Shown in pieces: positions 1 through 9,172 of a DNA stretch of 64,000 nucleotides. Source of the stretch: Pyrodictiaceae archaeon (GTDB lineage: Archaea > Thermoproteota > Thermoprotei_A > Sulfolobales > Pyrodictiaceae); the NCBI GenBank assembly GCA_027036135.1, contig JALVSY010000007.1:452880-516879 (forward strand), in the 5' to 3' direction. The notes beneath the pieces are model-generated. The model was not told the DNA's origin, ran no database searches, and saw only the letters and a program-made list of their open reading frames with translations. The number at the start of each line of letters is the position of its first letter. Within the stretch, counting starts at the first letter, position 1. The translations under genes and the position numbers were made by a program.

Positions 1-2
1 CA

Positions 3-1055
3 GCATTTACAGTAGTAATAATAATAGCGGGTATAGTTATGAGTACTAAGGCCGCGCTAGCTGCACTAGGCATAGTATTGATGTCGTTACCCTTTAGGCT
101 CGGACGTAATGCAGGTGCATCATTACTTGCATTTAGTCTCGTAGCTAATGCAATGCTACCATATCTACCTATTTGGATTAGCTTCTTCTACCAGGGCCTT
201 ATACAAGGATATACGAATGTTCATGAACTAAATCATGTATCCCTTTACAAGACCTATGATCTTTGGGGGACAATCTACGGAGAGGCCGGCACATATCCCC
301 ACGGAGGCTTAATTTTCTTTAATAATACAAATCTCCGTACAACGTTCATATTTAGAATACGGCAAGATGGAAGCTATTACATAATATATCCAGAAGGCAT
401 ACCTAATGGTACATATATAATATATATAGAATATCTCGGAGCAAAGATAGTAAATCAAGGCTTTATAAATATACCACGAGATCTTAGGCTAACGTACGAC
501 TTAGATGAAGCACCCTACCGCCTAGATATACACCTAAAAGATTATGTGTTTCTGAACCCTGACGTAGTACTCTTTAGTCAGGATTGCTCAAGTGTAAGAG
601 TGAATAAAAATACAGATTCTCTATCTGTGATTACGTGCACACCTTCTACAAATTATGTGCATATAGAGCTCTATGTACCAGGTACATGTAGCGTTGAGTT
701 TAAGACAAAAGGAGGCGATGTATATACAAGTGCCTTGTTCTATAAGCGATGGAGAGGAATAGGGGTACGCATTTACAAGTTCGGCGTGTACGGTGGTGTA
801 GGTTATCCGATAACAATTGAAATAACTAAAAAAGGTACATGTTATGTTAATTGGGATAAAATTATAGCTGGAAAAATAATTCAGCAAACACCTAATAACG
901 AGGGTCTCAATTTTAGTACACTAATGTACCTAATAGTATACATGACAGCGCTACCTATGGCAGTGTTCTCGTTCCTTACAATTATGAGCTTAGTAGTTGT
1001 TAGTGTTGCTCGCGCCCTTGGCGCTTCGTACTCACGCATAATATTTGAGCTCTGA
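3..1055 (+). CDS. cedA: CedA-like (VirB6-like) polytopic membrane protein of the Ced DNA-import system, 5'-truncated by the window
   Basis: Frame is open back to position 3 (AFTVVIIIAGIVM...). The segment LGIVLMSLPFRLGRNAGASLLAFSLV..LPYLP resembles CedA. C-terminal TM. Followed by a 2-TM microgene and a VirB4/HerA-type ATPase. Confidence 0.75.
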   Translation, partial: AFTVVIIIAGIVMSTKAALAALGIVLMSLPFRLGRNAGASLLAFSLVANAMLPYLPIWISFFYQGLIQGYTNVHELNHVSLYKTYDLWGTIYGEAGTYPHGGLIFFNNTNLRTTFIFRIRQDGSYYIIYPEGIPNGTYIIYIEYLGAKIVNQGFINIPRDLRLTYDLDEAPYRLDIHLKDYVFLNPDVVLFSQDCSSVRVNKNTDSLSVITCTPSTNYVHIELYVPGTCSVEFKTKGGDVYTSALFYKRWRGIGVRIYKFGVYGGVGYPITIEITKKGTCYVNWDKIIAGKIIQQTPNNEGLNFSTLMYLIVYMTALPMAVFSFLTIMSLVVVSVARALGASYSRIIFEL

Positions 1056-1073
1056 AAGGTGTGGTGACTAGGT

Positions 1074-1244
1074 ATGTCTCAAAAAACTGTATTGAGGCTG
1101 AAGCTTCAGACGACATTAAAAATAGCTCTTGTGGCTTCATTAATTGGACTGGTAGCAGCGGTTGCTACAAAAGAAAAATATATATTAATAATATCTATAA
1201 TAAATTTAGTATTATCTGTTTATTTAGCCAATGTTCTTAGGTGA
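1074..1244 (+). CDS. Small two-TM protein (56 aa), CedA2-like; absent from the ORF track
   Basis: Manual translation MSQKTVLRLKLQTTLKIALVASLIGLVAAVATKEKYILIISIINLVLSVYLANVLR*. GGTGA upstream. Sits between cedA and cedB. Confidence 0.65.
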   Translation: MSQKTVLRLKLQTTLKIALVASLIGLVAAVATKEKYILIISIINLVLSVYLANVLR

Positions 1245-1248
1245 TATT

Positions 1249-2598
1249 ATGATTATAGTTAGCATAATAGCGATAGTTATATTATTTAATATAGTTCCGG
1301 GATACATAGGTGTTAGTTCATTAATAGATAGAATATTTGGTAGAAAAAAGAGGGAAAGTGGTCAAAGATGTTGTATTAATATAGATAATAAATGCTATTA
1401 TTTATATAGAATATATCGTGATGATTGTATATTAGGTCTTCTTCGAAGCGGTGCACTATTAGAGTTAATGAGGGACTCGAATCTGTCGGGTATATTTGTG
1501 GTTTATGAGAGAGTTCAGCTTCACAAGGCTCTTCGCGAAATTGAGGCAAAAATATTAACATATAGAGTTGAACTTGAACGTAACCCGGATAATTTGCGAG
1601 CAAAGCAACGTCTAGAATTATTAGAATACATCTATAAAGAATTATCTAGATTAAATGATCCGATTAAGCCAACGCTTCTAATAGTGCTAGATAGTGAGGC
1701 AAAGCTTAGTGATATAAAGAAGAAACTATCTATATATAGATGCGGCATAAAGAGTGCTTGTAGTTTTTTACTAAATAGACGTAAGCCAATTATATCACGG
1801 AATTCTATTGCAATCAATATCATCCAAGTATTAAATTATGCCTACTCCTTGCTTGCTCTGCAAAGTAGCTCCGGCTTCTTGATAGGCTATGAGATGCTTA
1901 ATAATACTCCCGTAAAGCTCCCTATGTGGAGTAATAGACTAGGTGCTCTTCATACACTGATTGTTGGACCGAGTGGCAGAGGGAAAACAACGCTTCTTGC
2001 ACGTTTGGTGTTCGAAAGCATTGTTAAAGAAAACTATTGTCTAAAAGTTATAGATCCTAAAGGTGATTTAGAAGAATTGATAGGCAGAATTATGTGGCTA
2101 GGTAACCTAGAAATATATGATAGTAGTAAAACGGATCTAATCAACTTAGACACTTTGCTTGATTGGCCTAGTAAGTGTCGATATAAAGTAGTTATAGGTG
2201 ATGAGGCTTGGCGAGTAATAAGTGAACTAGGCTCCAAGTATGATAAACTAATTAGGTCTGCTAGAAGCTTGGGCATAAACCTTGTATTGGCGTCTCAACA
2301 ACCAGAGGATTTTCCGCAGAGCATGTGGAATAATTCCCATAACTTCATAGTGTTTGGATCATCTAGTCCAAGCTATATTGAGTCCATTAAAAGATTTGCA
2401 AATATATCTGAGGAGGAGGCATCTCAGCTTCTTAGGCTTGGAATAGGTGAGGCATTGCTTAAACACTTCAAATCTATGACGGGTATATTCTTTCGTGCAT
2501 ATACTCCACCGATAACAGTTAAGAATCCGGGAGAAGGGGTTGGGAAGGCTGGGAGAAGGGTGCTAAGCTATGGGCAAGCGATTGATTATCCAGCGTAG
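1249..2598 (+). CDS. cedB: CedB-like VirB4/HerA-family ATPase with N-terminal TM anchor
   Basis: Walker A GPSGRGKT, IDPKGD, Walker B VVIGDEAW, ARSLGINLVLASQQPEDF. N-terminal TM and coiled segment. Start ATG 1249 follows GGTGA (track ORF starts at 1231). Confidence 0.75.
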   Translation: MIIVSIIAIVILFNIVPGYIGVSSLIDRIFGRKKRESGQRCCINIDNKCYYLYRIYRDDCILGLLRSGALLELMRDSNLSGIFVVYERVQLHKALREIEAKILTYRVELERNPDNLRAKQRLELLEYIYKELSRLNDPIKPTLLIVLDSEAKLSDIKKKLSIYRCGIKSACSFLLNRRKPIISRNSIAINIIQVLNYAYSLLALQSSSGFLIGYEMLNNTPVKLPMWSNRLGALHTLIVGPSGRGKTTLLARLVFESIVKENYCLKVIDPKGDLEELIGRIMWLGNLEIYDSSKTDLINLDTLLDWPSKCRYKVVIGDEAWRVISELGSKYDKLIRSARSLGINLVLASQQPEDFPQSMWNNSHNFIVFGSSSPSYIESIKRFANISEEEASQLLRLGIGEALLKHFKSMTGIFFRAYTPPITVKNPGEGVGKAGRRVLSYGQAIDYPA

Positions 2599-3286
2599 GG
2601 GTAGAGGCACACCACTATATCGTAGCAGGCCGTGGCTCCACCCAGCACCGGCTCGATATCCACCGCTAACACCAGTTACTCTTAGAGGCAGAGTTATAGA
2701 ACTGATACATGACCCGGGGAGATGGGTTCCATTAGCACACATTGTGCTAGAGAACGGACAAGACTTCTGGATACCAGCTGTTGAGGGAATGTATGTTGGC
2801 CAAATCATAGAAATAGGGCCCGAAGCTACACCAAGCAATGGCAACATACTGCCAGTAGGGAGAATACCGGAGGGAACACAGGTAACCAACGTAGAGATAC
2901 GGCCAGGAGATGGCGGGAAGATAGCTAGATCCTCGGGGACCTACGCAGTTATTATTGGAAGAAGTGGAAACAAGACACTAATTCAGCTCCCTAGTGGCAA
3001 AGTAAAAGAAGTGCCTAATGATGCAAGAGCGACTATAGGGGTAATAGCTGGAGGAGGTAGGCTAGAAAAGCCATTACTAAAAGCGGGTGCCTCGTACTAC
3101 AAGTGGAGCGCAAAACCACATGTATGGCCGCGTGTAAGGGGCGTAGCAATGAACGCTGTAGACCATCCACATGGCGGTGGCAGCCACCAGAGCCCGAGCT
3201 TCCCAACAACAGTCTCGCGTAATGCGCCTCCAGGCCGCAAAGTAGGCCACATAGCTGCTAGGTCAACTGGTCGTAAGAAGAGGTAA
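2570..3286 (+). CDS. rpl2: 50S ribosomal protein uL2
   Basis: MGKRLIIQRRGRG..., WPRVRGVAMNAVDHPHGGG signature. Confidence 0.98.
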   Translation: MGKRLIIQRRGRGTPLYRSRPWLHPAPARYPPLTPVTLRGRVIELIHDPGRWVPLAHIVLENGQDFWIPAVEGMYVGQIIEIGPEATPSNGNILPVGRIPEGTQVTNVEIRPGDGGKIARSSGTYAVIIGRSGNKTLIQLPSGKVKEVPNDARATIGVIAGGGRLEKPLLKAGASYYKWSAKPHVWPRVRGVAMNAVDHPHGGGSHQSPSFPTTVSRNAPPGRKVGHIAARSTGRKKR

Positions 3287-3330
3287 ACCTAATTCAACCC
3301 CTTAGCTATTGATGTGTAGAGGGAGTAATT

Positions 3331-3798
3331 ATGCAGAGTGCGCGTCTCCGACTAGACGAGGAAATGAAGAAATGGCTTGATGCTCTTCCGCCAGAATGGA
3401 AGAAGTTCAAGTACCGTGGCTATTCCCTAGAGGAACTCTTATCCATGCCTATGGATGAATTTGTAAAACTATTGCCAGCAAGGCAGAGGCGAAGCCTACT
3501 TCGAGGCTTGACGGATCAGCAACGAAGACTGTTATGGAAAATAAGAAAGGCACGTAAGAAGATCCTTGAAGGGAAGAAAGTTGTTGTTAAAACACATGTA
3601 AGGGACATGATAATACTACCAGAAATGGTTGGCTTAACTATAGCTGTATACAATGGAAAGGAATTCGTACCCGTAAGAATACAGCCAGAAATGATAGGGC
3701 ACTACTTAGGAGAATTCAGTCCAACATGTAAGCAAGTGCAGCACGGCGAGCCAGGTCTTAAGGCAACAAGAAGCACCCTACACGTAGCGCTAAAGTAG
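3331..3798 (+). CDS. rps19: 30S ribosomal protein uS19
   Basis: [32 protein letters not shown]. Confidence 0.98.
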   Translation: MQSARLRLDEEMKKWLDALPPEWKKFKYRGYSLEELLSMPMDEFVKLLPARQRRSLLRGLTDQQRRLLWKIRKARKKILEGKKVVVKTHVRDMIILPEMVGLTIAVYNGKEFVPVRIQPEMIGHYLGEFSPTCKQVQHGEPGLKATRSTLHVALK

Positions 3799-3948
3799 CA
3801 TGCATCAACATTCCTTACCTTACCTCTGTCTTTTCAAAATATAGCTTTAATTCCTGTTTTAATTTACTTGAAAAGCGCCGAAGCTGACAGCATCCTATAC
3901 TTGTAAAAGGAATAGAATGAATGCATTAGCGCGAAACGAGGGAAGCTT

Positions 3949-4491
3949 GTGTCAACTAAGAAGCAGGTTCTAAGACTAAAGTATAATATAACGAGTAAGG
4001 ACTATGATGCAATTTATGCCGAGGAACAACTAGAGAAATATACCGTATCTATAAAGTATATAGATGTATATAATAAGGTGCTTGATTGCGGTTGCGGTAC
4101 AGCACTTTTCATAGAATTCCTAAAAGGTATGAAAAGACTCTGCAACGTGAATTACTACCTATGCCTAGACTTGTCTCCAGGAATGCTGAGACAAGCCAAA
4201 CGAAGAATAAGGAAGCTTGGCTTAGGCTTTCTCGCCGAACTCGTAGAAGCGGACGCAGAGTATTTGCCTCTTCGAGACAAAAGCGTGGAGACGGCTGTAT
4301 CATTCACTGTCATAAATCTGTTGGAAGATAAGACAAAGGGTATTAGAGAGCTCCAACGTGTAACATGTGGCTGTATCCTAGTATCGGTACTAAAGCTTGC
4401 AGAAAAACTCGATATGGTTAGTCTCCGCTTCGGTAAGTATGTAGGTGAAACAAGCAAGGACAAAATATTTCTCAAATGCAATAATGACTAA
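3949..4491 (+). CDS. Class I SAM-dependent methyltransferase
   Basis: VLDCGCGT motif I, DLSPGML, ADAEYLP. Confidence 0.85.
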   Translation: MSTKKQVLRLKYNITSKDYDAIYAEEQLEKYTVSIKYIDVYNKVLDCGCGTALFIEFLKGMKRLCNVNYYLCLDLSPGMLRQAKRRIRKLGLGFLAELVEADAEYLPLRDKSVETAVSFTVINLLEDKTKGIRELQRVTCGCILVSVLKLAEKLDMVSLRFGKYVGETSKDKIFLKCNND

Positions 4492-4519
4492 TACGTCATT
4501 AATTGTATGACTGTAGTCG

Positions 4520-6523
4520 CTATAAGCGTAACAATGCGCGCTCAATAACATTGATACTGTCTACCGTAATTATTCTGGCCCCTGTATTGTCGAGGCATGA
4601 AGGATAGTTGTTAGAAGGCGTAAGTATAACAACGCGCCATCCAGAACTTTGAATCCATGCTACTTGATCACATACATCAGTCTCTGTATAGGGCTTAACA
4701 GTTTGCTTAAGATCGCTAATTAATACAAGCTTTGAAGCACTAATACCTTTGACAGCAGCATCTAGTGCTGATACTATGTTCGTATACCCGCTAAACTGTG
4801 TAGAAAAGACTAACTCGATGAGCTTATGAATATTGACCCTGCTTAGCTTATTAAGTACATATACATTCTCGTCAAAGAATACTATCCTTTTTACAAGAGG
4901 CGCTAATGCAGCAGCTGAAAGCAAGGCCGCAATAGCATAGTCGCGCATGCTGCCACTCTTATCAATTACCAATACAATACTCTTCGTTCTCTTATTACTC
5001 CTAACAGTTATCGGGTTCGGTTTCATCCTTACCATATTATGTATCGTATGCCTAGTCGATATCTTACCAAACCCGCTTCTAGTAATAGCAACAGTGGCTC
5101 TTCTACCCTTACTAAAGAGACCAGCATATCTCCTGGTAATAATGTACAGAAGCCTCATTGCATAGTGCTTAGTACGGGAATCCGCACTGCTAGCTATGTT
5201 GCTCAGTAACTTAACTGCATCGGTGAATGAGAGATCCTTTACAAGCGACTTCAACGCTGCATAATTATTTCCCGTCATCAGCGCATTTGCCTCGTAATTA
5301 ACTCTCTCATAGATTTTCCTTAGCTCAGTAAGCACTTCCCCCTCCTTAATCTGGCTCAACATCTCTTTTGCCTTCTCCAATTCAGCTAGCGCGTAGTCTC
5401 TATAGGCTTGTTCATCCTGACCAAGCATGCTCCTAAAAAGCATCTCACGTGCTTCCGCTATCTTCGATAATAGAGCTAGTTCGGTTGAGCCGAGTTCTTT
5501 CTTACGAGCCTTTTCAAGCAGAACATTGTTCGCAAGTATAACTCCGAGAGCCTTCTTATGTATAGGAGGTACCCCTAACGCCTTAGCAGCTATCTCAACA
5601 CTATTCTCGTTATCTCTATCACTTAGCGCTATATCCAATAATTCTTCGCTACTAATACTATTCCTTAAGCGGTCTATTAGCCTTGGATTAGCCTTAATGA
5701 GTTTATTAAGTAATTTCTCGTCAAGCATTTTCTCCCTTATAGCGATATCTAGTACAAGCCTAGCCTCGTTCTCAGATAAGCGATTACGCGAAGCAGCTAT
5801 CCGCGATAAAACACTAGCAACATAGCGCCTTAGAGGCCTACTCCTAGCATACCTATAGATTCTCGCCAGTTGCTCTATTCCTAGCTTCCCGAGATCAACA
5901 TAGTAGGGAAGCTCACTGCCAAGACGAGCAGCAAGCGATAAAACAAAATCATTCCTACCCTTACCAGCAATAGCACTAGCTACGGCTTCACGATAACTAC
6001 TTGAACTCCTAGCCAGTCTTCTAGCTATGTCCTTTATAGCCTTCTCAGATACAACCCGGGCTCTTGACCCCTTGCTTTTAATAACTCCCAATAATCGTAG
6101 CCTAGCATAAGCCGCTTGTGCATCATCACTAAGTCTGCCCCTTAAACTAAAACTAGAGCTCGGCCCTACTCCTAGCTTCTCCAAATCCGACTTAATACCG
6201 CGAATGATATCCTTTACACTATCCCGGCTACTAGTATCCAAGACAAGGTCAGAGAATTTCCTAGAATCCTCCTTTCTCTTACAAAGCACCGAACAAGAAA
6301 CAAACACTATGTCGTCATTAGTTAACATGCCTCCTCGCAGCGTAGCATAAATAGAAAGAATCCTCGCTAATTCAACAAGCTCAGCCGTAGAAACCCTTAT
6401 TCCACGGCTCCTAGCCTTCTTTGCCAGCTTATTTACAAGATCTATTATGAACTCGTCGTAACTTCTTAAGGCACTAGGAACCGAATTAGCCTGAGCCTCC
6501 AAAGACCCTTCCCAGCGCTTCAT
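4520..6523 (-). CDS. VWA (CoxE-like) domain protein, MoxR partner
   Basis: C-terminal MIDAS motif DKSGSM, GYTNI, LISD; N-terminal LRxRGIRVST; adjacent to MoxR ATPase. Confidence 0.85.
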   Translation of the reverse strand: MKRWEGSLEAQANSVPSALRSYDEFIIDLVNKLAKKARSRGIRVSTAELVELARILSIYATLRGGMLTNDDIVFVSCSVLCKRKEDSRKFSDLVLDTSSRDSVKDIIRGIKSDLEKLGVGPSSSFSLRGRLSDDAQAAYARLRLLGVIKSKGSRARVVSEKAIKDIARRLARSSSSYREAVASAIAGKGRNDFVLSLAARLGSELPYYVDLGKLGIEQLARIYRYARSRPLRRYVASVLSRIAASRNRLSENEARLVLDIAIREKMLDEKLLNKLIKANPRLIDRLRNSISSEELLDIALSDRDNENSVEIAAKALGVPPIHKKALGVILANNVLLEKARKKELGSTELALLSKIAEAREMLFRSMLGQDEQAYRDYALAELEKAKEMLSQIKEGEVLTELRKIYERVNYEANALMTGNNYAALKSLVKDLSFTDAVKLLSNIASSADSRTKHYAMRLLYIITRRYAGLFSKGRRATVAITRSGFGKISTRHTIHNMVRMKPNPITVRSNKRTKSIVLVIDKSGSMRDYAIAALLSAAALAPLVKRIVFFDENVYVLNKLSRVNIHKLIELVFSTQFSGYTNIVSALDAAVKGISASKLVLISDLKQTVKPYTETDVCDQVAWIQSSGWRVVILTPSNNYPSCLDNTGARIITVDSINVIERALLRL

Positions 6524-7490
6524 CCACTATCTCTCCCTCCTCAACACGCTTATACAATACTATTGTAGCAGCATCAATTACCTCTCTTACCGATACCTCG
6601 TCTCGGCCTCGTAGCGCAGCTAATCTACCAGCAATCCTGGCCCATAATACAGTATCAGCTGGCCCAGGTTTATACGTGGCTTTTTCCCGAAGAATATTAA
6701 CAACCATTACCATCTTCTTTACTAGTTCGTCGCTAATACGAGTAGCCGCGTCATAGCGCAGCCTTACAATTTCGAGCTCAAGCTCTGGAGAAGGATAATT
6801 GAACTCAATGCGCACAACCCTTCTAAGAAAGGCATCACTTAGCTCGCCTTGTGCATAGTCCTCGGGATTACTTGTAAATATTATCTGAAACCCATCACCC
6901 CTAGCCCAGAATACACGCTTAATCTCGGGAACAATAATCCTCCTCTTATCAATTATATCAAGCAATAGGTTCTGGAACTCTTCACTGCTCCTCCTTATCT
7001 CGTCAACAAGAACGCCAGCGTCAAGTATCAGGGCAGCAAGCAATGGGCGTGGCATAAAGCTTGCCTCATTAAACCCGTATTTAAGGGCCATCAGTGGATG
7101 AAAATCACCTATAACCCTATACTCGTCATAATTCTCGCTGCAGGGTATGATAAAAGCAGGCTTACCAGCCCATAGGGAAAGTATAGCCTCACCTATCTCC
7201 GTCTTACCAGTCCCGGGAGGTCCCTCAAATAAGACAGGTCTCCCAGCGAGAAAAGCAGCAGCAGTCAAAGTAATAACCTTATCATCGACTATAAGCTTAT
7301 ACCTATTCCTAAGCTCCCTTCTTATAAGATCCGGGTTACGAATAGGCTTCTGAGCTTTTTTCTCAATAATCTGTCCATAAATCTGCCTAACCTTATCCTC
7401 AATAGACTCATTTCTCCCCCTAATAGGCTTCTCATTGTTAGGTTCTAGATAGCTCTCAAAGACCCATATGTCATCAGTACTGTTGTCCAT
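6486..7490 (-). CDS. MoxR-family AAA+ ATPase
   Basis: GPPGTGKT, LVDEIRR, TSNP, LSDAFLRR. Confidence 0.9.
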   Translation of the reverse strand: MDNSTDDIWVFESYLEPNNEKPIRGRNESIEDKVRQIYGQIIEKKAQKPIRNPDLIRRELRNRYKLIVDDKVITLTAAAFLAGRPVLFEGPPGTGKTEIGEAILSLWAGKPAFIIPCSENYDEYRVIGDFHPLMALKYGFNEASFMPRPLLAALILDAGVLVDEIRRSSEEFQNLLLDIIDKRRIIVPEIKRVFWARGDGFQIIFTSNPEDYAQGELSDAFLRRVVRIEFNYPSPELELEIVRLRYDAATRISDELVKKMVMVVNILREKATYKPGPADTVLWARIAGRLAALRGRDEVSVREVIDAATIVLYKRVEEGEIVDEALGRVFGGSG

Positions 7491-7647
7491 ACCCTTGCTC
7501 CCTTTCTAAGAGCCTGTACACGTACCCCCTAATTATGCAAAGTGTACACAATCAATGCCATGAGCAAGGTAACAGAAATAACAATGCAACAATATAATTA
7601 GCCCGAGTAACATTACTTTTATCTAAGCAATAAGGGGAGACAAGCTA

Positions 7648-8115
7648 TTGGCGCACCTCGAGCCAGTACTCTATAGCGTCTGGATAAGAAAAGGTCCAGA
7701 CATAGAGAAATATGACCTAGTATTCGATGAGACTGGAGTCGAGCTACGATTCCTAGGTGAGTACTGGGTCTCCCTAAGACCAAGAACCGGGCTGCAAAGA
7801 CGAACAGACTTATTCATTTACAGCTTAAGGAAACGAAAGGCCAGGCAGGAGAGCGTCCAATCGATACGCATAGACTACTGCGATATAGCTAGGTACGAGC
7901 TAAGGAAGCCACAACAGAAAAAGAAGCAGAACAGGATGAGTACAACGAGCATATCCGTAGAGCAGGAAGCGGCTCGCCTAGTACTTGTGCTAAGGAATGG
8001 AAAGATAATCGAGATAGGTATATCGCCCAAAGTTTATCATATAGCGAAAGCATTGGTGAAAAATTATCTTATAAAGGGGCTTGAGAAATGCCGTAAACAG
8101 GACAAGGGGCAATGA
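7648..8115 (+). CDS. Hypothetical protein
   Basis: 155-aa ORF with GGGGAG upstream; no recognisable family. Confidence 0.6.
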   Translation: MAHLEPVLYSVWIRKGPDIEKYDLVFDETGVELRFLGEYWVSLRPRTGLQRRTDLFIYSLRKRKARQESVQSIRIDYCDIARYELRKPQQKKKQNRMSTTSISVEQEAARLVLVLRNGKIIEIGISPKVYHIAKALVKNYLIKGLEKCRKQDKGQ

Positions 8116-8182
8116 AGAGGGCCCGATAATCTGAAACAATGCTAGGCTTCTTCTCGGTGATGAAGGATCAACCGTCGGAGCC
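8107..8182 (+). ncRNA. C/D-box sRNA with two guides complementary to 16S rRNA
   Basis: Box order ATGAAGA (8112-18), 12-nt guide GGGCCCGATAAT, CTGA (8131-34), GTGATGA (8157-63), guide AGGATCAACCGT, CGGA (8176-79); short terminal GGC/GCC stem. Guides pair with recalled archaeal 16S AUUAUUGGGCCU and 5'-end CGGUUGAUCCU. Confidence 0.85.
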
Positions 8183-8196
8183 GCCTATATCCTAAC

Positions 8197-8463
8197 TTAT
8201 CTCGTCGCATCTATGCTGTACACCTTTACACCAAACACGGTATCAGTCTTGTTCTCCTGGACTATTCTCTCAACGCGTCTCCGTAACTCCTCTAGGTCGG
8301 CACTCCCAGCATCTATGTCCACGTAGTATAGCTCTGGTGTAACCTTTGACCTACTAAGCTTGAACTCAATACCATTATTCTGTAGAGCAGTAAGTATCCT
8401 TTCCGCGTCGCTTGAGTAATAGGTATTGAATATTAGGCGGACAGCCCTTCGCCCTTTGGGCAT
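8197..8463 (-). CDS. Small hypothetical protein
   Basis: 88-aa ORF directly downstream of the YkgJ-like gene, alternating alpha/beta pattern. Confidence 0.65.
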   Translation of the reverse strand: MPKGRRAVRLIFNTYYSSDAERILTALQNNGIEFKLSRSKVTPELYYVDIDAGSADLEELRRRVERIVQENKTDTVFGVKVYSIDATR

Positions 8464-8465
8464 GG

Positions 8466-9032
8466 TTACCCATACCTCGCTATGTACTCGTCTATGTCCA
8501 TAATAGTTGCGCAGGTTTTTAAATCAGTCACTGGTTTAAGCCCCCTCCTCTCCACGTATTCCACTATGCTACTAAACTCTATGAAGGCGTTCTTAGCCGC
8601 CTCAAACTCGTTTGGGAAAACTCTTGGGATTAAGTTAACATTTCGACTTAGTTGCTCAGCAACCCTCTTATTATTAGCTACCCAGTCACACTTACCTGAG
8701 AGCATTAGTTTTCCACTCGGCATTTCGAGAAGCAAGGGATACATCTTGCAAGCATACGGCTTATCCCTATGTATCCTACAGCGGTGTTTCTCCCTATCAT
8801 AAAAAGGGCAGTATCCTTGTATAATCCACCTATAGAGCGTTACAATGCATGATCTCTTATCATCCATGTATACTTGTAATGGCTTGAACTCTAGCGAAAC
8901 ACCAAGGTTCTCGGCAAGTTCTTCAAGTAGTCTTTTCTCCCAGGGAAAGACCGTTGGCATTTCATATTCTTTCTCGAAGTAACAGCAATGATCGCAGTAC
9001 AAGCACTTAAACCGTGGAAGTTGCCTCACCAT
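8466..9032 (-). CDS. YkgJ-family (CxxCxxCC) cysteine-cluster protein
   Basis: FKCLYCDHCC...CPFY...CRIH..KP.ACKMYP. Start trimmed to ATG 9032 because the upstream extension overlaps sRNA candidates. Confidence 0.9.
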   Translation of the reverse strand: MVRQLPRFKCLYCDHCCYFEKEYEMPTVFPWEKRLLEELAENLGVSLEFKPLQVYMDDKRSCIVTLYRWIIQGYCPFYDREKHRCRIHRDKPYACKMYPLLLEMPSGKLMLSGKCDWVANNKRVAEQLSRNVNLIPRVFPNEFEAAKNAFIEFSSIVEYVERRGLKPVTDLKTCATIMDIDEYIARYG

Positions 9033-9089
9033 TACTAGTAACCCTAAAGCCCTAGTACCAGCTACTCCCTTGATATGGGCAACGCCTCC

Positions 9090-9152
9090 GCTGTGATGAA
9101 GGGTGCAAACGCAGAAGAGCCTTACTAGATGACGAAGAGAACCTGTCTGAGC
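9090..9152 (+). ncRNA. C/D-box sRNA candidate, targets not identified
   Basis: GTGATGA (9093-99), 12 nt, CAGA (9112-15), ATGACGA (9129-35), 11 nt, CTGA (9147-50): canonical spacing in intergenic DNA. Confidence 0.65.
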
Positions 9153-9172
9153 TATCCTAGCCACTAATATGG

